From Camelus dromedarius (lineage: Eukaryota): a stretch of DNA of 64,000 bases. Position numbers and translations under genes: made by a program. The DNA is taken from NCBI RefSeq assembly GCF_036321535.1, contig NC_087437.1:63924001-63988000 (forward strand), read 5' to 3'. Positions 27,385-39,659 of this stretch are shown piece after piece. Every line of letters begins with the position of its first letter. The stretch's first letter is position 1. The notes below the pieces were generated by a model, which did not search any database, was not told where the DNA came from, and was given only the letters and a program-made list of their open reading frames with translations.

Positions 27385-30300
27385 TAAAAAGTTCATTTGT
27401 GTCCTTTTTTTAAGATTCCATATATAAGCAATATCATGTGGCATTTTTATTTCTCTTTCTGGCTTACTTCACTTAGAATGACAATCTCTAGGTCCATCCA
27501 CATTGCTTCAAATGGCATTATTTTATTCTTTTTAATGGCAGAGTAGTATCCATTGTATATATATATATACCACCTCTTCTCTATCCAGTCATCTGTTAAT
27601 GCACATTTGGGTTGTTTCTATATTTTGGCTATTAATAAGTAGTGCTGCTATGAACTTTGGGGTGCATGTGTCTTTTTGAATTATATTTTTCTCCAAGTAT
27701 ATGCTCAGGAGTGGGATTGCTGGATCATACGATAAATCTATTTTTAGTTTTTAAAGGAACCTCCATACTGTCCTCCATAGTGACACCAATCTACATACCC
27801 ACCAACAGTGTAGGAGGGTTCCTTTTTCTCCACACCCTCTCCAGCATTTATTGTGGACTTTTTAATGATGGCCATTCTGACTGGTGTGAGGTGACATCTC
27901 ATTATAATTTTGATTTGCATTTCTCTAACAATTAGTGATGTTGAGCATCTTTTCATATGCTTGTTGGCTATCTATATGTTTACTTTGGAGAGATGTCTAT
28001 TTAGGTCTTCTGCCCATTTTTGGATTGGATAGCTTGTTTTTTGATATTAAGGTGTATTAGCTATTTGTATATTTTGGAAATTAGTCCTTTGTTGGTCACA
28101 TCATTTGCAAATATTTTCTCGCATTCTGTAGGTTTGTCTTTTCGTTTTGTTGATGGTATCCTTAGCTGTGCAAAAGCTTTTAAGTTTAATTAGGTCCCAT
28201 TTGTTTATTTATGCTTTTATTCCTATTACTCCAGGAGCTGGTTCAAAAAATATATTGCTGTAATTTATGTCCAAGAGTGTTCTGCCTATGTTTTCCTCCA
28301 GGAGTTTTATAGCATCTGGTCTTACATTTAGGTCTTTAAAATTTTTTTTTTATTTTTTGTGGGTGGGGGGGAGGTAATTAGGTTTGTTTGTTTGTTTGTT
28401 TATTTATAGGAGGTACTGGGGATTGAACCCAGGACCTTGTGCATGCCAAGCTTGTGCTCTACCACTTGAGCTATACCCTCCCCCAACATTTAGGTCTTTA
28501 GTCCATTTTGAGTTTATTTTTGTATTGGTGTTAGAGATCTAATTTCAGTCTTTTACAGGTAGTTGTCCAGTTTTCCCAGCACCATTTATTTCTCCATTGT
28601 ATATTCTTGCCTCCTTTGTTGTAGACTAATTGACCAGGGGTGTGTGGGTTTATTTCTGGACTTTCTATCATGTTTCATTGATCTATGTGCCTGTTTTTGT
28701 GCCAGTACTATATTGTTTTGATTACAAAACAACAGTTTTGTAGTATAGTCTGAAGTCAGGAAGCATGATTTCCCCAGATCCGTTCTCATTTTTCAAGATT
28801 GTTTTGGCTATTTGGGGTCTTCTGTGTTTCCATACAAATTTTAACATTTTTTTGTTTCAGCTCTGTGAAAAATGTTACTGGTAATTTGATAGGGATTGCA
28901 CTGAACTTGTATATTACCTTGGGTAGTATGGCCATTTTAACAATATTGATTCTTGCAATCCAAGAACACAGCATATCTTTCCAAATGTTTATGTTGTCTT
29001 CAATTTCTTTCATCAGTGTCTCATAATTTTCAGAGTACAGATCCTTTGCCTCCTTGGATAGGTTTATTCCTAGGTATTTCATTCTTTTTGGTGTGGTGGT
29101 AAATGGGATCCTTTCCTTAATTTATTTTTCTGCTATTTTATTGTTAGTGTATAGAAATGCAACTGATTTCTGTATATTAATTTTGTATCCTGCAACTTTA
29201 CCAAATTCATTGAGCTCCAGTAGTTTTCTGGTCGCTTATTTAGTGTTTTCCATGTATAGTCTCCTGTCATCCATGAACAATGACAGTTTTACTTCTTTTC
29301 TGATTTGGATTCCTTTTATTTCTTTTTCTTCTCTGATTGCTATGATTAGGGCTTCCAAAACTATGTTGAATAAAAGCGGCAAGAATGGGCATCATCTTCT
29401 TGTTCCTGATCTTAGAGGAAATGCTTTCAGCTTTTCACCGCTGTGTATGATGCTAGCTGTGGGCTTGTCCTATATGACCTTTATTATGTTGAGGTTCGTT
29501 CAACTCTATGCCTACTTTCTGGAGAGTTTTTTTTAATCATAAATGGATATTGAATTTTATCAAAAGCTTTTTCTGCATTTATTGATGGTCTGGTTTTTAC
29601 TCAGTTTTTTAACGGGGTGTATCACAGTGATTGATTTTCAGATATTGAATCATCTTGCATCCTGGAGATAAATCTCTCTTGATCCTGATGTATGATCCTT
29701 TTAATGTATTGTTGGATTTTGTTGAGGATTTTTGCATTTATGTTCATCAGTGATATTGGCCTGTAACTTTCTTTTTGTGTTACCTGCGTCTGGTTTTGGT
29801 ATCAGGGTGATGGTGGTCTCATAGAATGAGTTTGGAAGTGATCCTTTCTTCCTGCAATACTTCCTTCAATACTCTGGAATAGTTTCAGAAGGAATATGTG
29901 TTAACTTTCTAAATGTTTGGTAGCACTCACCTGTGAAGCCATCTGGTCCTGGACTTCTGTTTGCTGGGAGTTTAAGTTACTGATTCAGTTTTATTACTGG
30001 TAATTGGCCTGTTCATATTTTCTGTTTCTCCCTGGTTCAGTCTTGGGAGATGGTACCTTTCTAAGAATTTGCACATTTCTTCTAGGTTGTTCATTTCATT
30101 GGCATATAGTTGCTTGCAATAGTCTCTTAGGATCCTTTGTATTTCTGTGGTGTCAGGTGTAACTTCTGCTTTTTCATTTCTGATTTTATTGTTTTGGGCC
30201 CTCTTCCTTTTTTTCCTGATGAGTTTGGCTAAAGATTTATCAATTTTGTTTATCTTTTTAAAGAACTAGCTTTTAGTTTTATTGATCTTTTCTATTCTTT

Positions 30301-30745
30301 TCCTCCATTTTATTTTCTCCATTTATTTCTACTCTGATCTTTATGATTGCTTTCCTTCTACTAACTTTGGATTTTGTTTGTTTGAGATCATCATGTTTTT
30401 GTTTTGCCTCTAGGTATTTGATTAATTTGATTTCTTCATTGATCCATTGTCTGTTAAGTAGCGTATTGTTTAGCCTCCATGTGTTTTTTGCAGTTTTTGT
30501 TGTTGTTGTTGTTTGTTTTTGTTTTTTTGTAGTTGATTTCTAGTCTCATAGTGTTGTGGTCAGAAAAGATGTCTGATGTGGTCAAAAAAGATGCTTGAGA
30601 GGATTTCAAATTTCTTAAATTTACTGAGGTTTGTTTTGAGACCTAGCATGTGATATATCCTGGGGAATGTTCCACATGCACTTAAAGAATGTATATTCTG
30701 CTGCTTTGGGGTGGAATATCAATAAATAACAAGTCTATCTGTGTA
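27385..30745 (-). mobile_element. 5'-truncated L1 (ORF2 RT to 3' UTR), antisense, inside ERV RT
   Basis: Minus-strand [19 protein letters not shown]...[15 protein letters not shown] and [15 protein letters not shown]. Continuous L1 ORF2 similarity. Confidence 0.92.
28339..28485 (-). mobile_element. tRNA-derived SINE (camelid vic-1-like) with 15-bp TSD
   Basis: A box tagctcaagtgg and B box ggttcaatcc on the minus strand, plus a T tail. TSD acatttaggtcttta at 28324-28338 and 28486-28500. Confidence 0.92.
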
Positions 30746-30749
30746 TCTT

Positions 30750-31660
30750 TTAGTTTTGAATCCCAAAAGTTATCTGCTTTCAAATGGGAAGATCTAGATA
30801 CAAAAGTTAAACAAAAGTGAAATAGTTCTGTTGGACAGTACTTCCTCAGGGACTTAAAAACCCCCACAATGTTTAGAGAAATCCTGGCAAAAGACTTAGG
30901 GGCCCTCAACTAAGTGAGGGAGCCCTGCTCTAGTATGTGGATGATATTCTGTTTGCTAATACAAAGGACACCTCAGAGCAAATATATAGACTTTGAACTA
31001 CTTGGTTGAATGAAGCTATAAGGTATTTAATAAAAAGGCACAAATTGCTCAGCAATTTTGAATATTGTTTAAATATTTGGATTTTGAATGCTCACAGGGA
31101 CAGACTTGCTCTCTGACAGAAGGGAAGCTCTAGCCATGGTTGAGGTTCCCAATGGCAAAGGGACAACTGCAAGGATTCCTGGGAAAGTCTGGGTTCTGTC
31201 ACATTTGGATTCCTAACTTTGGACTCATAGCAAAACCTCTTTGTGAAGCTCTTAAAGGAGGAGACAGTGAACATCTCAACTGGACTGAGAAATGCCATAA
31301 GGCATTCCAGGTCATCAAAGAAACTACTAGTTGCCCTGGCTTTAATCTTACAGATACCATAAAGTCCTTTGATTTATTCTTGAGAAACAAGGAATCCACC
31401 TTGGAGGAATCTGCCTTGGAGTCCTAACTCAGAACATGGGTAGCTCCTCTGCTATACACATTTGCTTCTAGCAGGTTAGTATTTCCCATGGATGTTCCCT
31501 TGCACCACTTCCATATTAGAGACAGGGTCCTGCTGAAATCTTGAAAAACAGAAGGCCAGTTCCATCCTTACTGGACCAACCTTATGAGGTGCTACTTGGT
31601 AAAGTTGAAGGGAATTATGTAATGGATCCATGACACTCAAGTTAAGCTGGTCCCGCTGAG
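30750..31660 (+). pseudogene. pol: Decayed ERV pol, RT core and integrase C-terminus (RNase H and IN core largely deleted)
   Basis: ESQKLSAFKWED, WTVLPQG, YVDD (30934-30945) and FLGKSGFCHIWIPNFGLIAKPL. Then jumps to an IN C-terminal PYEVLL..WIH..QVK-type remnant. Confidence 0.9.
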
Positions 31661-31939
31661 ATCAACAGAGCCACCATGTCCTATCTATAGGAACACAACA
31701 GGAAGCAGAAACCATGCTGCAGAAGAGAACCACCACTGAGATGGTCTAAACCTTGGCTGGTTCTGGACCCTGACATTGGCTTCACCAAGTGGGAAAGTGA
31801 ACCTCTAGTAGGTCTTTAATTTGCTTTTCAGAAGGAAGCCATGAAAAAGAAACAAAGTAAATGGGATTGCTGCAGCGGTGACTTTGTAAAGCAAAACTCT
31901 TCAGAAACCAATTTAAATAACTTGTTAGGTTACCAGAAT

Positions 31940-33300
31940 GATTTTCCCCCCTTTTGTTATGCTTTCTGTTTCTAATTCTCCGAGGCTTGGAAAGACACTT
32001 TAATGATCAGGATTTCTCAGACTTTGGCAAAAGCAGGTAGTCTCTCTAGCTGTTGGATGTGTCATCCAAAACTATTTCCTGTATTTAATCATGCTGACCC
32101 CTTGACTATGCCTGTCAGTTTTCCAACCATCCCTAACATCACTGACTTATGAGTTGGGTGAGTGGGGGGAAGCCTTCAGATATAACCCAATTAGGCTAAT
32201 CAACAGAATTTCTGCCTGCTGTGTTTTTTCTTGTCTAAGCTGAAATTTGGCCCTCTGTCCTTCAAAAAAAAAACCAAACAAAAAACCCCAAATCCCTGGT
32301 GTCTACCTTGGTGAAAATTCTAATTGGTCAGGATATTATAGAAACAGTACTTATTTTTCCCAGTCTATGTCCCTTCCATATTTAATATCCAAGTATTTCA
32401 GCCAAATTGATAGCGATCAAGCCACTCCAATATATAAAAAGGTAAAACAAGAAAAAACACACCCTCAAGGGTAGCCTACACCTCTGCCTATTTGCAAATT
32501 AAATGATTCCTCCTGGATATTGCATTGCTTGGATCCCTGGCTTGACTGTATCCTAAATAAAATCCCTAAAAGTGGCATAAATTTTATCATGCTTGGTGTT
32601 CTGTGCACACTAAGGGGTCACACAGAATGCAAGACATCTATGTCTGCAGTTTTAATTATCAATCCTGGGCCTATGAATGCCTTGATAGGTGGCACACAGG
32701 TGGTATGTATATATTGGATACTTTGTCACCTTTTCTATCCACAATCCAAATGAGACCCAACATTGAACCAGTTCTTTAAAATTGTTCTCTAGAATAAAAA
32801 GGACCATCTACTTGCTTGGATATCAAGAAAAGATGGATTTTGGTATGTTTGATAGAGCGCTTTTGCCATGGTGGGAAGTCTGATAACATGACCACAGGAT
32901 CAAAACTTTTCTGCTCCCCTAGGTGTTTAGCTATAATTGGCCTGAAGGAAATTGAGTCATTAGCCAAAGCAGTCCTACAGAACTGTATAGCTCTAGGTTA
33001 TGTATTGGCTGAATCGGGTGGGATTTGTGCTGTTGTGAATACATTACCACCTCTGCTGAAATAGAAAACCATATAGACAAAATTAGGCAACAGGCTACTT
33101 GACTACAAGTATCTCTGGAAGTACCACCTCCTGACTAGTTTTCAGGACTGTTCCCCTGGATTCCCTAAGAGAATTAGGTCTGTTCTTCAGGGAATTAAAA
33201 ACTTGGGTTATCTATACTCCTCACCTTTTTATTTGTGTATTTAGTTGTAAATTGTGCTCTCCAATGCTTTATCAGGACTTGTTAAACTTGAAACTGGAAA
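31940..33300 (+). pseudogene. env: Decayed gamma-type env (provirus 1)
   Basis: SU N-terminus AWKDTLMIRISQTLAKAGSLSSCWMCHP (CxxC). TM immunosuppressive-like VLQNCIALGYVLAESGGICAVVN. Fragmented by stops and deletions. Confidence 0.88.
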
Positions 33301-33439
33301 CAAGAGAATATTTCAGTAAACACTAAAAATGGCTTCATTTCTCAAGTCTTTGTTAGATCTGTGCCTTTTATCAGCAGGAAGTAGCCAGAGCAGTCACGGT
33401 CCCTCTTCCTTCAAGATTGAAGAATGATCAAAAGATAGA

Positions 33440-33970
33440 CAAACTGTGGGCAATCAATCATTAGTTTAATTCATTTCACTTGTAACGTGCCTTCACTAAT
33501 CAAGGTAGTTCTAATTGTTATAAAAGACTTGCATGTCCTCCAAGTGGCACATAGCCTAAACTTAAGATGTTCACCCAAGGTGTTTTCCAGAAACTTGGGG
33601 TCAGCTATACCTAGTTCAGTGGAGCTGGTTAAGACTGGATGGCACCACTGACCCTTCAGCTGGGCATGCATGACCCTTTGACATCAGAGGGCCCACTCCA
33701 CCCTCAGAACATGCAGAGGCATGTAGCCTAGTTACCCCTGCCCAGAATGTTAATTACCACGCCTTTTCCCAATCACCTTTCCCCACACCTCAGGCAGCCC
33801 TGCTTCTCTATCCCATAAATATTCAGAGGCCTTTGCCTTTGGGGAGGCAGATTTGAGATTTGTCTTCCTGTCCCCTCACTTGGCTGCCTTATGAATAAAC
33901 CCTCTTTGCTGCAAACCACGGCATCTCAGCTTGCCGTGCATCAGGGGAAGACAAATCTGGTTTGGTAACA
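33440..33970 (+). mobile_element. ERV1-class LTR B (3' LTR of provirus 1 and 5' LTR of provirus 2)
   Basis: Similar to LTR A and C, with AATAAA at ~33894 and end tttggtaaca. The PPT/LTR junction is damaged. Confidence 0.9.
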
Positions 33971-36900
33971 AAACTTGAGCCAGCCAGGAGGTAAGTACAG
34001 GCTGAGCTCTTGCCCACAGTTCACTGGCCCCGTGCTTGTATTGAGAGCCTGAGGAGAAATCCAAGCAGCAGCCCGGTCCATTTGTTTCAGGGACCATCCT
34101 CTGGATTTCCCAGGGAGGTGCCACTGACCTTCAGCGCTTAGTTCTGTTTTGTAGTGAAGAAACGGTTTTGGAGTTTGCGTTTAGAAGATGACTTTTGGGT
34201 GAGCAACCTCAAGAAATACACCTGTGCCTAGATTATCTGGCAATCCTGTCTTGGGTTGGAGGCCCACATGGCAGGATTTGGGCAGACAATATAAAAAGTT
34301 ACAGCTGCTGAGGTACTCTGTGCCTGGGTTAAAAGCCCAGGCTCTGGTTCTCGGTTTTGTTTTGGTCTTGTTTATGCCCTTCTTCTTGGATTGTCTTAAT
34401 ACGAGTTGGCTCTTGTTGGGGGCTGGCTTCCTTTGCAGCAGCAGCAAAACTACTTTTGTTGCTGTGGCCACCTGGAAGCAAAACTTCTTCAAAATGAGAA
34501 ATGTTAATTCAGTTCCTCTTGGAGCATTTTCCAAAACTATTTGACTTTCAAAGGAAAAATATTTTTTGTACCGCTGTGTGGCTATAACACTTCTTAGATT
34601 TCTGGAGAAAAATGTCCAAGATGCGGTTCTTTGACATTCCAAAACGGGTTTTGTGTATGCATTAGAGAAAGCTGACTTGATTAAAACATTAATTCTGACC
34701 TTAGGAACTGACCTTAAGAAAACAAATCTTTCTAGGAGGATCTTGTATTTCTTTCCCCATGCCTCTGATATGTCAGTGTTCTGCCAGGGCTCTCAGGAAC
34801 TCCTAGCTTACTCTTACCTAGACCCTCTCCAATTCCTGAGATGAGGGGAGAAAACGAAGAGACCTTTGCAGGTAAACTGAGATCTGTGAATATATCTCTA
34901 TGGATGTATATATGTCTATGTGTACAAAGATAAATGTCTCTACCTATGAATGATTTTATCAAAATTAATTTGTAAATAAGCTCTACTTAATTGGCCTAAA
35001 GGAAACAAAGTGGTTTAAAGAAAATTGACTATATAAATTCTCAAACAGGACAGAAGCTAATCCAAATTTTTAAAAATCACATGATCTAGGGTTAATCTTT
35101 AGTGGCTAACAAGTTTAAAGACATGTCTGTATTAAGACAACTTAAGAGTCATCAACAGTAAGTGTGATAATTTTATTGTACCTAGGCTTACTTAAAGTCA
35201 AGTTCATATTTGTTATAAGGTTTGTCAAGAAAATTAACTTGATATAGTAAAACAAGTTTTATCATTTACAATTTAATTTACTTAATGAGAAGAGGTGTTA
35301 AGGTGAACTCCTTAAGGAATAACTGTTTTAGGAATGTCTACTTAAGTCTTTCCAGATGCTGGTAATTTAACAAAACTCTAAAGTTAAATGATGGGGAATT
35401 CATTGAATATCCAGATCATTTCAAATAAGAGCGTACTAGAACATTAATTGCTAAATGAGCCCAAGTTCAATTTTTGTCCTCTTAGTAAAGAGAAACTAAA
35501 GATTTGGGGTTTTAAAAACAGCTTTTATACCATATTGAAGAAGGAATCTATACTGTGAGGAAAATGTGCTTCTAGAGATTATAGAACATGTTCATAAGTT
35601 GGCTAATCAGTAAATGCTGGTATGACAATTCACAATTTCTCACTTGTTGGGTTTCTGCTAGAGATTAAGGTTTTTAAGGTTTAAAATGTAGTTAAATCTG
35701 TCAGAAATAAGGAAAACATCTCAGTATCCAGGCAAAGTAGGATGTGTTTATTCAGTAAAAGAAGGTATGAAGAATGAAAATGCTTTGTGTTAAGGAAGAA
35801 GTAATTTTGTCCTAAAGCTGGTTATTTCAAAATGGGAAAGAAAATAAGGAAATAATAGTTATAGAAGATTTGTAGAAAAGGAATCTTGAAAACTTTTCTG
35901 CCTGGTCAGGACAGGTTAAGATTTGATTGAATTTAAATAGGGAAGTACGTCAGTTTACTTTAACTAATTTAAGAATATTGAACTGCTTTTGATAAAGTAA
36001 TTCAAGAATATTGAACCGCTTTTGATAATGGATTGAAAGTTTCCTTACCTTTTTAAAAGTGATTTAAGTTATATAGACTTCCGTTATAACTTTTCATATT
36101 TGTCTTTAAAATCTTTTATTGTCACTTTGGTTAAGTGAGTAAGTATTGTTTCCCAGTGATCTACGATCCTATTTGACCAAGTGTTACCAAAAAGATTTTA
36201 AAATTTTTGGTAAACTTCTCAATGGTTAAATTCTAATTGAAATTGATTTGACCTGTAGCAAAACTTTTATTTGGGGTTTTCCAGAGGGCTCCTGGAACAT
36301 CTCAAGAGATCTTTCTCCATATGAAAGAAAGATATTAAGTTAATTAGGGTTATTTGGTATGTTAAATTACATGGGAACCACTGTCAAATGAATGACGCTT
36401 CAACTATATTGTATGGGTACGCATCATTAATATAAACGCTTTAGTTATCTTCAGTGTTGTATGGCACAAATAGCTAAATTTCCTTGACAACTGCATTATA
36501 ATCAGGTCTTTAACTGTGCCTTTAAGTCTTGTCTTCCAGAGACAGTTATCTTAATCCGATGCTTTTACTACCTTAATCTGATGCTTGTACAAAAACACTT
36601 ATAGATGATTTATTTTTATACTCCAAAACTAAATTAGACTCAGTAGCAAAGGGACTGTCACTGTGTATGAGGGCTGTTTCATCAAAGACTCCTAGTAAGC
36701 ATACCCAAGAACTAGGAATGAATTCCCCATCTCATACACACCAGGGTACTCAAATTGGCCAGGGAGCTATTAAAACCCAGGTGGGGCAATATCCACTAAG
36801 ACAAGTTCCCATTAGAGGTGTGAATGCTGAGACTGTTCAGATGATGGAATTAATTTGGGTCCACTCTCCTTTTTCAACTTTGGATTTATTTAACTGGAAA

Positions 36901-38589
36901 AACAATATGGCAACTTACAGATAACAGAGAATTGAGAGACTTTTTCAACCCACAACCCAACTGGGGCCGATGTTCAAAATTTAGTAAACATCCTCCACTT
37001 CAGGAGGGTGCTAGAAGAAACTAGGGAGGAAGCCAATCCCCTCCATGCGGATGTCCCAGACAGCGCTGTACGGGCTGTAGAAGGCATGATGCGTCAACAG
37101 CAGACCCTGATTAGGATGTGAGTGCTGGGAGAGGACAAAATTCGAATGTGTCAAGATTGCATTTAGATAACTGGATGCTCTGTTCTAGTTGTCCTGACCT
37201 GAGGCACCTTCCACCGGGTGACACAGACTCTGAGGTCTTCACAGATGGAAGAATCAGAGTTCAGACTCAGACTGATTTTACTATGATGTTGAAGGGCCAC
37301 TAGAGACCTTAGGTGCTTACTGATATTTGTGGACACTACCACTGGTTTCCTTGGTGGTCTGAAAAAGGTTAACACCCTACAGAAAGAAAGAAGTCCTAGG
37401 CTTGGGCTAAGTCCATTTCAGAGTGAGACTGGAGGGGCCTTTATAGCAAGAATAACTGAAGAAATATCTGGAGCTTTAAACCTTTGTTGGAAATTACATG
37501 CTTCTTGGTGACCACTTATATTCTTGAGACTGAGTCCTGCTGAAATCTTTGAAAAATAAACGGAAGACCAGCTCCATCCTCACTAGATCAGGCCCTATAA
37601 GGTGCTACCCATGACCCATTCCTAAGTAAAACTGAGGAGAATTAAGACATGGATCCATCACACTCGAGTTAAGCTGGTCCCGCAGAGACGAACGGAGCCA
37701 TCCTGTCTCATCTACAGGAACACAATGGGAAACGGAAACCATGCTGCAGAAGAGATCCATAATTGAAATCATCCAAACCTTTGCTGGTTCCAGACCTGGA
37801 CTCCTCTGGGTAAATGAGCCCTAACAGATCTTAAGTTCCTTTTCAGAAGGAAGCTATGAGAAAGAAATTGGGGTGAACAGAATTGCTGCAATGGTTGACT
37901 GTGGTAAAGTAAAACTCTTCAAAAGGCAAATTAAATAACTTATAACCTAACTTCCCAGGCTTGGAAGGACAATTCAATAATCAGGATTTCTCAGACTTTA
38001 GCAAAACCAGATAATCTCTCTAGTGGTTAGATATGTCATCCAAAATCATTTTCTGTATTTGACCATGCTGACCCCTTGGTTGTGTCTTTCATCAATTTTT
38101 ACAACCATCTCTAAAGTCACTGTGACTTAAGATAAAAAGCCCTCTAATGTAACATCCCAAGTTAGGTGAATCAACAGAATTTCCTGCCATCACCCACCCC
38201 TCTGCGTTTTTTTTTTTTTTTTTCTTTTTTTTTTCTTTACTAAGTCAAAATTTGGTGCTCTCTTTGTGTAAAAAGAAAGTAGACACTGGTGTTTACTCTT
38301 GTCAAACTTCTACTTGGTCAGGATATTGTAAAAAACAGTACTTATTTTTCCTAGCCTATATCCCTTCCATATTTAATACCTAAGTGTTTCAGCCACACTG
38401 ATAATGATTGAGACTCCAATATGTAAAGATGAGACAGTGATCGCTGGCTTAACTGTGTCCTAAAGTTCAACAATGTTTAGCATTTGGTGTGCCCCCTCAA
38501 GGGTACATTTTTTTGTTTGCAATTTTGATTACCAGTTGTGGGCCTATGAATACCTTGACAGCTGGCACATAGGTAGTATTTAAGAGGAT
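33971..38589 (+). mobile_element. Internal region of provirus 2 (non-autonomous type): leader, ~2 kb AT-rich non-coding tract, gag CA, IN and env fragments
   Basis: Leader is homologous to 23161-23600. Contains GQYPLRQVP..HSPFSTLDLFNWKNN (36780-36920) and an IN core remnant QTDFT..LIFVDT..SETGGAFIA...WKLHASW (37260-37510). 37530-38570 aligns by eye with 31515-32710. Confidence 0.85.
33977..33990 (+). promoter_or_regulatory. PBS remnant, tRNA-Arg(ACG)
   Basis: gagccagccaggag, a 14-nt match to TGGCGAGCCAGCCAGGAG directly after LTR B. Confidence 0.8.
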
Positions 38590-39040
38590 TGTGGAAAAGA
38601 AATGTTGCTTGCCATTCCAGTCCTACAAGCCACCAGCCACTGTAGCCACCACCTGCTCCATGGTACATCCTGAAGAGAATTCAGTATGGAGAAAAATAGA
38701 AAGCATTTCTTGCTTTGGATATTGGCCCTACGTAGTTAAGATTCATACCTAAGGAATAATTTCAAGGAGCCCATACTCTTCCTAGACATAGAAACATACT
38801 AAAATCATTAACTTGATCTGTTTTTTGTGATAAGCAGTAATTTTTTTTTATCAATTACATTTTTTTCTCTTTCAGGGAGAAAAAAAAAAAAAAAAAACTC
38901 ATATCCTGGCTCTTCCCTTACCTCTTCTGAGCAGTTCCTCAGAGCTATCTGAGAGGCTGTCTCCCGGGTTTATATTCCTCAGTAAGGCCCCCAAGTAAAA
39001 CTTGTAACTTTCAGCTTTTGTGTGTTTTCTTCAGTCAACA
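38590..39040 (+). mobile_element. 5' LTR of nested provirus 3 (different LTR family)
   Basis: tgtggaaaag...ttcagtcaaca. Similar to 44595-45040, preceded by TSD GGAT and followed by a PBS. Confidence 0.9.
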
Positions 39041-39044
39041 GTTT

Positions 39045-39062
39045 TGGTGATCATGAAGGGAC
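39045..39062 (+). promoter_or_regulatory. PBS, tRNA-Arg(TCG) type
   Basis: tggtgatcatgaagggac versus TGGCGACCACGAAGGGAC: three C>T changes, two of them at CpG. Confidence 0.8.
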
Positions 39063-39229
39063 CTACAGCAGACTTCATCTTCGCCTGAACACTACTAGGA
39101 TTTGGAGACTTGGTGCCACCAGTGTGTCCACTGTCCACCTCCTCAGAGTCCGGATGAATTTCCATAAGCCTCTCCTGTTTCTCAGACATCCCAATCATTG
39201 GTAGAGCCTGAGTTTTATTTGATGGTGCG

Positions 39230-39600
39230 CCAATTAAAAATTGGCACTCGTCCTATGCCTCCACCTGTAACTTAAATCACAAGCTGCAGCCACTGACCTT
39301 CAACACACCCTGAAGAGTTCAGATGGAGATCAGGAATGAGGCACTCTGTGCTTTGGGAGAAACTGGCCAAACAGGCTTTCACATAGTTAGATATTTCTTG
39401 GAGAAAATTTTATTATGAGTCCAAATTCTTCTATTTTCTTATACCTAGAAAAGCACTAAAATCATATGTTATACTGACCTTCCCCCAGAGCTCTTCAGAG
39501 CAGTTTCTCAGAGCTCTCTGAAATCCTGCCTCCTGAGCTAAAGTCCTCACTTTGCCCTATGTAAAACTAACTCACATCTCTCACATTGTATATACTATGA
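39230..39600 (+). mobile_element. Additional LTR-like fragment inside provirus 3
   Basis: Shares motifs with the provirus 3 LTRs (aaaagcactaaaatcat, gagcagtttctcagagct.tctga) but is clearly diverged. Confidence 0.6.
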
Positions 39601-39659
39601 CAGTTGTAAGGTGTATAACAGGAAACTGGCCCTCCAGTTCAAAGACATGGGGAAGATTT

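Noticed and set aside
28405..28485. tRNA-gene-like sequence with A and B boxes
   Set aside because: It is a SINE head, with a tail, a TSD and three copies in the window.
29054..29536. 160-aa hydrophobic + strand ORF
   Set aside because: Antisense shadow of L1 ORF2.
31940..33300. Possible domesticated env (syncytin-like)
   Set aside because: Multiple stops, frameshifts and deletions. The CX6CC motif is broken and no env-frame ORF reaches 100 aa.
34181..34642. 153-aa minus-strand ORF in the ERV leader
   Set aside because: No recognisable homology, and not preserved in the homologous leader of unit 1.
35965..36028. Direct repeat of CRISPR-like length
   Set aside because: Only two adjacent copies with no spacers, in a mammalian ERV. 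It is a simple tandem duplication.
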